Shown: positions 57,963 through 64,000 of the stretch, piece after piece
How the letters are laid out: each line of letters starts with the position of its first letter
How positions within the stretch are numbered: position 1 is the stretch's first letter
Assembly (NCBI GenBank): GCA_963768425.1
Contig: CAVYHV010000006.1
Location: forward strand, 96,001 to 160,000
DNA: 64,000 nt
Source: Candidatus Bathyarchaeota archaeon
GTDB lineage: Archaea > Thermoproteota > Bathyarchaeia > Bathyarchaeales > Bathycorpusculaceae
Direction: 5' to 3'
Notes under the pieces: generated by a model
What the model saw: the letters and a program-made list of their open reading frames with translations, nothing else
Database searches by the model: none
What the model was told of the DNA's origin: nothing
Position numbers and translations under genes: made by a program

Positions 57963-59198
57963 ATGCTGAACATATACAATAGTTTGACCCGGAAAATTGA
58001 GCCTTTCCAGCCTGACGAAGACATGCAGGTTAAAATGTACACGTGCGGACCCTCAACCTACCAACCGCCACACATCGGAAACTACCGCACCTTCCTCTTC
58101 GAAGACATATTTCAACGTTACTTAGAGCACCTTGGCTACAAAGTCAAACGACTAATCACACTGACAGATTTAGAAGACAAAGCCATCGCCCAAGCCAAAA
58201 AAGAAAATCTAACTGTAGAAGAAGTGACAAGAAAAAACGAAGCCATCTTCTTCCAAGGCTTCAAGCTCCTCAGAATCAAAACACCTGACTTTCCAGTTCG
58301 GGCTTCATCAGCCGTTGACCAAGCTGCAAGCCTAATCGCTCGACTTGCCGAAAAAAAATACGTGTATTGGGACGAGAATAACGGCGCAAAAAATGCGTAT
58401 TTTGAACCATTCAAATTCAAAGGCTTCGGAAAACTAGCCCATTTAGACATGAGCAAATGGCCCACAAAGAAACGCCGCTTCCACAAGGACACGTATCCAG
58501 GGACGCCGTGGAATAAGGGTGACTTCATAGTTTGGGACGGCTGCAAACAAGGCGGAGTCTGCTATGAAACGCCGATCGGCGGCGGCAGGCCCGCATGGAA
58601 CATCCAGGACGCCGCCATCGTAACTAAACATTTAGGCTTTTCAATTGATGTTGCCTGCGGCGGAATCGACAATTTAGTCCGTCACCACGACTACACGCTT
58701 GCCATTGCTGAAGCCGTAAGCGGCAAACAGTTCAGCCGATACTGGCTTCACGGAGCGCACCTCTTAGTCGATGGCAAAAAAATGTCCAAAAGCATCGGAA
58801 ACGTCATCTACACCGGCGACGTCTTAAAGGAAGGCTTTAGTGGTGAGCAACTAAGATTCTTTCTTATCTACGGGCACTACAGGGAAAAACTAAATTTCAC
58901 TTTCAAGAAGCTTGCTGAAACCAGTCGGAAACTTAACGCCTTCAAGAACATGTTTAAGGAGTTACAAGTGACCAAAGAGGGCAGTTCAAACTCGGAAGCA
59001 GAGGCGCTTATTGGCGGCTTGGTTTCGTCCTTCGAAAACGCCATGAACAACGATTTAGGCGTTAAAACCGCATTCGATAGCCTCTACAAAACAATCTGCG
59101 AACTCCATGCATTGAAGAAGCCGCTAAACGAAAAAGAATCAAAAAAATTATTGGATGCGTTGCGTTGGGTTGATTCTGTGCTTCAATGTATTCTCTAA
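57963..59198 (+). CDS. Truncated cysteinyl-tRNA synthetase paralog (MshC-like architecture)
   Basis: YTCGP, HIGN, KMSKS, ends after a DALR-like helix bundle; WHIEC replaced by WNIQD and HHENE by HHDYT. Confidence 0.8.
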   Translation: MLNIYNSLTRKIEPFQPDEDMQVKMYTCGPSTYQPPHIGNYRTFLFEDIFQRYLEHLGYKVKRLITLTDLEDKAIAQAKKENLTVEEVTRKNEAIFFQGFKLLRIKTPDFPVRASSAVDQAASLIARLAEKKYVYWDENNGAKNAYFEPFKFKGFGKLAHLDMSKWPTKKRRFHKDTYPGTPWNKGDFIVWDGCKQGGVCYETPIGGGRPAWNIQDAAIVTKHLGFSIDVACGGIDNLVRHHDYTLAIAEAVSGKQFSRYWLHGAHLLVDGKKMSKSIGNVIYTGDVLKEGFSGEQLRFFLIYGHYREKLNFTFKKLAETSRKLNAFKNMFKELQVTKEGSSNSEAEALIGGLVSSFENAMNNDLGVKTAFDSLYKTICELHALKKPLNEKESKKLLDALRWVDSVLQCIL

Positions 59199-59205
59199 TT
59201 CCGAG

Positions 59206-59454
59206 TTAGACCAGGTCGCCTACGAATTTGACCCGAGCAAAATTTTCTTCCCGATGTGGCGCCGCCTCAAGTTCCCCAGTCAAATCCTTCCCCGCCTGAT
59301 GCATTCCCAAATGGTCACCGTCAGACCAGAGGCCGCTTTCCGAAACGTCGTAGACTTTTCCGTTATAGGCAAAGTATGAGGGTTTGCCATTTTTCCCATT
59401 GTTCTCTTCAAGTTCTTGCTTAGTTACTTTTCGCTGCTCAGTCACAAAAACCAC
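59206..59454 (-). CDS. Cytochrome b5-like heme/steroid-binding protein
   Basis: EL...NG..G...Y.AY.GKVYDV, W..G.H...H.AG.DLT, PH. Confidence 0.85.
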   Translation of the reverse strand: MVFVTEQRKVTKQELEENNGKNGKPSYFAYNGKVYDVSESGLWSDGDHLGMHQAGKDLTGELEAAPHREENFARVKFVGDLV

Positions 59455-59509
59455 TTCTCACGGTTTAGAATCTCAAGCAGCAGTTTAATAACGTTTACGG
59501 AAACCTTCG

Positions 59510-59890
59510 TCAGGTCGGTAGAAGTTCAAGTTCGTCGGGCTGCCAATACGGCTCTAAAACAGGCGCCTTCCACAAAAGCTTCGCATATGAAACGTAAGCT
59601 GGTGTTCCTTCTTGAATTTTGAAGCTGAAAGTGTTAAAAGTCGTCTGGTTTGAAGACCTTGCTTGATTAACGTTCACGGAGAAAAACGTCGCCAAAACGA
59701 AAACGCTTGCCACAACAATTATTGCCGCTGCTGCAACTGCAATCAAAACGATTTCGGGATTTGAAAGCAGCCTTTTCGAGGCTGGCTTAGCCGAGGGTGG
59801 CGGAGTAAACATTACTGCTGGGGTTCCGCATTTGTGACAGAACCTGGCGTTTTCCCAAAGTTGATTACCGCACCTTCGACAGTAAGGCAA
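59510..59890 (-). CDS. Zinc-ribbon domain membrane protein
   Basis: YC..CG..L...A.FC.KCG followed by a TM helix. Confidence 0.72.
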   Translation of the reverse strand: MPYCRRCGNQLWENARFCHKCGTPAVMFTPPPSAKPASKRLLSNPEIVLIAVAAAAIIVVASVFVLATFFSVNVNQARSSNQTTFNTFSFKIQEGTPAYVSYAKLLWKAPVLEPYWQPDELELLPT

Positions 59891-60210
59891 CTATTCTAAC
59901 CTCAACCATGGGTATGTTTTGGAAAATTTAAGGCTTGCCAAAATCTTTCGAAATTGGATGATGCAAAATGTTAAATACAACTTGGAAAGAAGCGGGTAAG
60001 CAGGCAAGAATCATGAATGCTCTACATGCTTCATGTACTGAAGACCTGAAGGTTCATGTCTCTTGCTCAAACAAGCTTAAGGAGAAAAAAGAACTTTCAA
60101 AAAGATAAAAAGTAAATCTACGGCAATTCTTGCCTGAAGGTTTTATTTTTTTTGTTAACCCAAAAAAGAATTTTTAGAGACTTTTTACCAAAATAACCCT
60201 ATTTACCTCA

Positions 60211-60744
60211 TTATTTGCTGGATTCGTCTATACTTTTCTTGAAAAGGGCTTTGTCGACGGTTCTCGCATCCAAGTTGTGTTTAGCCGCGGTTTTCCTCAT
60301 TGCAACAAGAAGCTTGATGTAGTTTTGAGGTGTGTAAAGTCCCGGGGGCGGGTTGCCCAGCAGACCCTTCCAAACTCTTGTGTCAAAAATGCCATATTGG
60401 TGAGGATCAAAAAAAGCCAAGATCACGCTTGCAATAACTGGGCTGACGCCTTCAAGGGTCGTTAAGCACAAAAGCTTGTAGGTATCATCGCCCTCCGGCA
60501 AATTGAAGGCTTGGCTGGATATGCGACTGACTTTCTCTTCACTATTTCTGGCGACAAGTTCTAGGAGCCTGGTTTTCTTTTCGTCATCTTCCTTGAATTT
60601 CCACTCAACAACCTGGGCTAAGTCGGCGACTGTTAGAGCTTTCTGCTTTCGAAATTTGGCGCCTAATTCCCGTTCGCGTTGGGCTTGCCACCCGAAGCTT
60701 TTGTCGTATTTTCGGCTCCAAAGTATGTATTCAGGCTTATCCAT
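60211..60744 (-). CDS. Hypothetical HhH-GPD-like protein
   Basis: V.WK, L..LEGV...IAS.IL.F..P..Y.IFD.R pattern. Confidence 0.6.
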   Translation of the reverse strand: MDKPEYILWSRKYDKSFGWQAQRERELGAKFRKQKALTVADLAQVVEWKFKEDDEKKTRLLELVARNSEEKVSRISSQAFNLPEGDDTYKLLCLTTLEGVSPVIASVILAFFDPHQYGIFDTRVWKGLLGNPPPGLYTPQNYIKLLVAMRKTAAKHNLDARTVDKALFKKSIDESSK

Positions 60745-60830
60745 TAAATTCAGCTTCAATGATTAGAATGTCCGACACATTTCTATTTTTCTGATAAAAA
60801 ACCCAAGAAAAAACAATAAAGTGGGGAAGG

Positions 60831-60956
60831 TCAGTTTTGGTCTACCAGATGTGCTGTACCATCTGGGCAATATACTTTCTCGTCTTTGTTTACGCGCCTG
60901 TAGCGTTCACTGCACATATGCAGCATCTCGCAACCGTCGCAATCTCTACTCAGCAT
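60831..60956 (-). CDS. Cys-rich microprotein, 41 aa
   Basis: MLSRDCDGCEMLHMCSERYRRVNKDEKVYCPDGTAHLVDQN; AAAGGAGG RBS. Confidence 0.65.
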   Translation of the reverse strand: MLSRDCDGCEMLHMCSERYRRVNKDEKVYCPDGTAHLVDQN

Positions 60957-61289
60957 TTTTTCGCCTCCTTTGGGACTTTTCAACATATTGTTTTTCGCTT
61001 ATAAGCCTATGTAATATGCATGTATATACATCCACAATCTTAACAGCGACCTTTCTTACGTAAGAAACATGTCTTGTAAGCGATGCAATCCTCCGAGCAG
61101 GAGAAGGCTGTTTTGGTTTGGCAATCCAAAATGATCGTACTGTTCAAGTTTTACGCCGCCTCGCAAACTATAGCTCTCGATAGGGGTTGCATGCGCGAGC
61201 TCTCAGGTGCCGTTAACATGAAGGGCAAGGTGAACGCGTACCAACTTGCTTTTCCGAGGATTGCTAAATCCAACATACCTCGCATCCAT

Positions 61290-61315
61290 TTTTGGTTTTG
61301 CTCTGAAAACCAAAA
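61290..61315. other. Perfect 10-bp inverted repeat (terminator-like hairpin or operator)
   Basis: TTTTGGTTTT-GCTCTG-AAAACCAAAA. Confidence 0.55.
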
Positions 61316-61564
61316 GTAGCGCTAAAAGATATAAAGCGATTTGAGAAACGTTCATAATTCTTGTGAAAAACTACACAAACGTCAGAGAATACCTGCAAAA
61401 ACATGCGCAAACGAGTCTATCTTGGAGGAACAAGTGTTTCTTACACTCCTATCTTGTGAATATTTTTTGTCTATATTTTGATTGTTGCATTATTGCTACA
61501 TATTGAAACAACGTAAAATATATACGATCAAGAACGAAGTACTTTACGGTAAGAGCTAATTTGC

Positions 61565-61690
61565 TTGGTTGAATGTCCTAAATGCCATAAAGAGGTTTCA
61601 AAGCCTCAAAAGTTGTTGCAAAACGATTATTTCGTTATCGAAGCCTACATGTGTGATAACTGTAAGGATAAATTTAAGGTAATAAAATAA
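61565..61690 (+). CDS. Zn-ribbon microprotein copy 1 (Cren7-like), 41 aa
   Basis: MVECPKCHKEVSKPQKLLQNDYFVIEAYMCDNCKDKFKVIK; a paralog follows. Confidence 0.7.
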   Translation: MVECPKCHKEVSKPQKLLQNDYFVIEAYMCDNCKDKFKVIK

Positions 61691-61857
61691 TTGCTATTTT
61701 AAGCCCTTTTCTACTTTTCTTTTTTGAGCGTCGTGACTCGACTGGCGATTCATGAAAATCATGCTTAAATTCATTAAGCAAACCTTTGTTGTATCATTTT
61801 GTAGCAAACAAATCTTCAAATCCAATGTCATTGTTTAAAATGCTTTGGTTGCTCTAA

Positions 61858-61977
61858 TTGGTTAATTGTCCTAAATGCGGTAAAGAAATTTCAAAACCTG
61901 ATAAAGTGCTGGTCAACCCTTTTTTTCGAATTGAAAGCTACACATGTAAAGATTGCGGAATCTGTTTTAAAAAATAG
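61858..61977 (+). CDS. Zn-ribbon microprotein copy 2 (Cren7-like), 39 aa
   Basis: MVNCPKCGKEISKPDKVLVNPFFRIESYTCKDCGICFKK. Confidence 0.7.
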   Translation: MVNCPKCGKEISKPDKVLVNPFFRIESYTCKDCGICFKK

Positions 61978-62147
61978 CAAATTTGAGAGCAGTTCCGAAA
62001 AATGAGTAAGTTGAGTTTTTTTGTTGAGAAAAAAGACTCTGGGTTCCTTTTTAAAACTATCTCTTTGTTTTGATAAGAGATCCGAAAAGAAAAAATCCTT
62101 GACAAATTGTTTCTAACCCATATTATAAGGGTCATCTTTAGCTCGAC

Positions 62148-62354
62148 TTATTTCACTTGGGCACGGTGAGTTATATTCCTAAAGTATAATGTTGATAGAA
62201 CATAAGCTAAAGTAATGATTATTGCTAAGAACAATGAAGCAAGCGAAATAATCGTGTTCTTATCATAAAAAAGGTAACCGACATACAAGATAATAACATC
62301 TATTACAGCAATTCCAACAAGTCTAACTAACAGCTGTAAATCCATTATTCTCAA
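62148..62354 (-). CDS. Small 2-TM membrane protein
   Basis: Two hydrophobic helices; AT-rich. Confidence 0.5.
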   Translation of the reverse strand: MRIMDLQLLVRLVGIAVIDVIILYVGYLFYDKNTIISLASLFLAIIITLAYVLSTLYFRNITHRAQVK

Positions 62355-62746
62355 TCATTCTATTCTCAATAACTATTTTAATAATTTTCGAAAGTCTACA
62401 GTTAGATCACGCTGGCATGTACACTCCCTCAAGATTCACATATGTTGTGTTTTGTAGCACATTGTTAAGCCCCGCACTATGGCAATACAGTGACGTACCC
62501 CACGGAAGGATTAACGGGACCTACCAACTCATCCTTATTTTTTCTCGCGTTTTATCTGTCTGTTTTCTGTTCTGTCTAAACTACCTCAAAATCCGGACCC
62601 GGACCGGGACAAAGAGCCTTTCCAGCCTATTTTCCACCCAAAACCGATGCAATAAGCCGGCATACACGGCATCGCCGGATTAAAGGCTAAGAGCTAAATA
62701 CATACAAACCGTAATTTGAGAAACATTAGAGGGGGCGCGTAACGTA

Positions 62747-63952
62747 GTGAAGCCGTTTAGTTTTGTTCACGCTTCAGACTTGCATTTGGGTTACGCACAG
62801 TACGGTTTGGAAGCGAGAAGGCAAGACTTCGACAACGCGTTCAGGGAGCTGGTGGATAAAACCATCGAGTTAAACGTTGACTTCATGATCATTGCAGGTG
62901 ACCTTTTCCATCAGGCGAGACCCTCAAATGTCACGTTGGAGAATACGATTCGATGCTTCAAACGTCTCAAAGACGCTGGAATCCCAGTTTTAACAGTTGA
63001 CGGCTCCCACGATTCAGCGCCCAACACCGTAACGGGCACAATCCTCTATCCACTTGACAGCGCCGGCTTAATCCATCATCTTCCCAGACACGGCGGCGCA
63101 TGCTGGCGCAAAACAGACTGCTGCTACGTCTATGGCATCCCAAACTTCCACAACAAACATAAAACTGAAGAAGCCCTTCCAAAATTCATGGCTGAAAACC
63201 CAGTCTCGCCGGACAGCTGCCTCTGCAACATCTTCGTTTTCCACGGCGCATTAGACCTCCCAGACGTGAAGCCACCCTATATCGAAGCGGAACTTTCGCC
63301 TGACCAATTGCCCAATGACTTCAACTACTACGCCGCAGGACATGTGCATGAACAATTCCTTCAAAAGTTCAAGGGTGGGCTGCTTGCTTACAGCGGCTGC
63401 ACTGAGACAGCTGATTACAGGGAAGCCAAAAACCCCAAAGGCTTCATCTACGTTCGCGTAAACGGAAAACGCGAGGTTGACCCCCAGCCCATGGAGCTAA
63501 CGTCAAGCCGCAAGTTCATCGTTTTAGAGCAAGAGTTCAACGGTTTAGCCTCCTCGAAAATCACAGAATTAGTCGTCCAGCAGGTTAGAGAAAACGACTC
63601 GGAAGGCGCCATCATCATTCCTGTTTTGAAAGGAACGCTCCCAGTTGAGGCAAGCCGATCAGAAATTGACACAGGCAAAATCCGATGCGCAGGCGAAAAA
63701 GCCATGCTTGTCCACCCTATCGTGCTCCTTAAGGAAACCGCGATTTCAGACGAGGTGGCCCGCTCAATTTTTGAAAGCGAATTCAAAGACCTAAGAACCA
63801 AAGCTTACGATTATTTCTTGGAGATTTTCTCTCAGCGTTATAGTCGCGAAGAAGCTGAAAAAATCGCTCGGGGCGCCCTCAACCTCATCGAACCTTTGAG
63901 CCGAAAACAGGAAGACAAAGTTAAGCAGACGATTGAGGAGCTGACAAAATGA
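62747..63952 (+). CDS. mre11: DNA double-strand break repair nuclease Mre11
   Basis: SDLHLG, AGDLF, GSHD, FHG, GHVH, YSG phosphoesterase motifs; overlaps the rad50 start. Confidence 0.92.
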   Translation: MKPFSFVHASDLHLGYAQYGLEARRQDFDNAFRELVDKTIELNVDFMIIAGDLFHQARPSNVTLENTIRCFKRLKDAGIPVLTVDGSHDSAPNTVTGTILYPLDSAGLIHHLPRHGGACWRKTDCCYVYGIPNFHNKHKTEEALPKFMAENPVSPDSCLCNIFVFHGALDLPDVKPPYIEAELSPDQLPNDFNYYAAGHVHEQFLQKFKGGLLAYSGCTETADYREAKNPKGFIYVRVNGKREVDPQPMELTSSRKFIVLEQEFNGLASSKITELVVQQVRENDSEGAIIIPVLKGTLPVEASRSEIDTGKIRCAGEKAMLVHPIVLLKETAISDEVARSIFESEFKDLRTKAYDYFLEIFSQRYSREEAEKIARGALNLIEPLSRKQEDKVKQTIEELTK

Positions 63953-64000
63953 AGATCGAAGTTGTTCAGCTTGAAAACATCCGCAGCCACGTCAAATCCA
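63949..64000 (+). CDS. rad50: Rad50 ATPase, 5' end (partial)
   Basis: MKIEVVQLENIRSH matches the SMC/Rad50 N-terminus; ATGA overlap with mre11. Confidence 0.8.
   Translation, partial: MKIEVVQLENIRSHVKS

Noticed and set aside
57963-59198. Canonical cysS
   Set aside because: It lacks the anticodon-binding domain and two of the four Zn ligands, so no gene symbol was assigned.
61095-61215. Glycine riboswitch (GGAGA...CGCCG...CTCTCAGG)
   Set aside because: The conserved CCGAAG segment is missing and no glycine-related gene follows. Kept only as a generic structured-RNA candidate.
62450-62690. 5S rRNA, SRP RNA, RNase P RNA or H/ACA RNA
   Set aside because: Only short words match (GTTAAGCC, CGGCTTA). 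The 5S CGAAC loop, SRP helix 8, RNase P GAGGAAAGTCC and a K-turn were not found.

Overview
Archaeal chromosomal window, most consistent with a Bathyarchaeia/TACK-type genome (inferred from gene content: TFB, aIF-1, RadA, Mre11/Rad50, PurP pair, Hdr-Mvh, tungsten AOR, EF-2 paralog, many NosD and beta-propeller surface proteins). Core genes: hdrB end-mvhG-mvhA-hycI, purE-purC-purP-purP, EF-2 paralog-ogg, aor plus ferredoxin, rqcH, radA, lsrF-ADH, tfb, sui1, udg, mre11-rad50. It also holds tRNA-Ile2(CAT), tRNA-Gln(TTG) and an intact IS1182-family element (29432-31101, 18-bp TIRs, AAAC TSD). At least seven single-base indels split otherwise intact genes, including radA, and are most likely assembly errors. 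Best leads: (1) a membrane-tethered LexA-like wHTH regulator paired with an exported partner, with a GAAC/GTTC half-site array upstream and a strict 10-bp-period GTC array downstream; (2) an MshC-sized CysRS paralog with a remodelled Zn/cysteine site; (3) a surface-glycan cluster with a propeller-GT39 fusion, a GT87-like transferase, AT3 and SGNH; (4) several unannotated microproteins (tail-anchored pair, tandem Cren7-like Zn ribbons); (5) two candidate structured RNAs and a divergent TFS paralog. All family calls come from motif recognition by eye, not from database searches.
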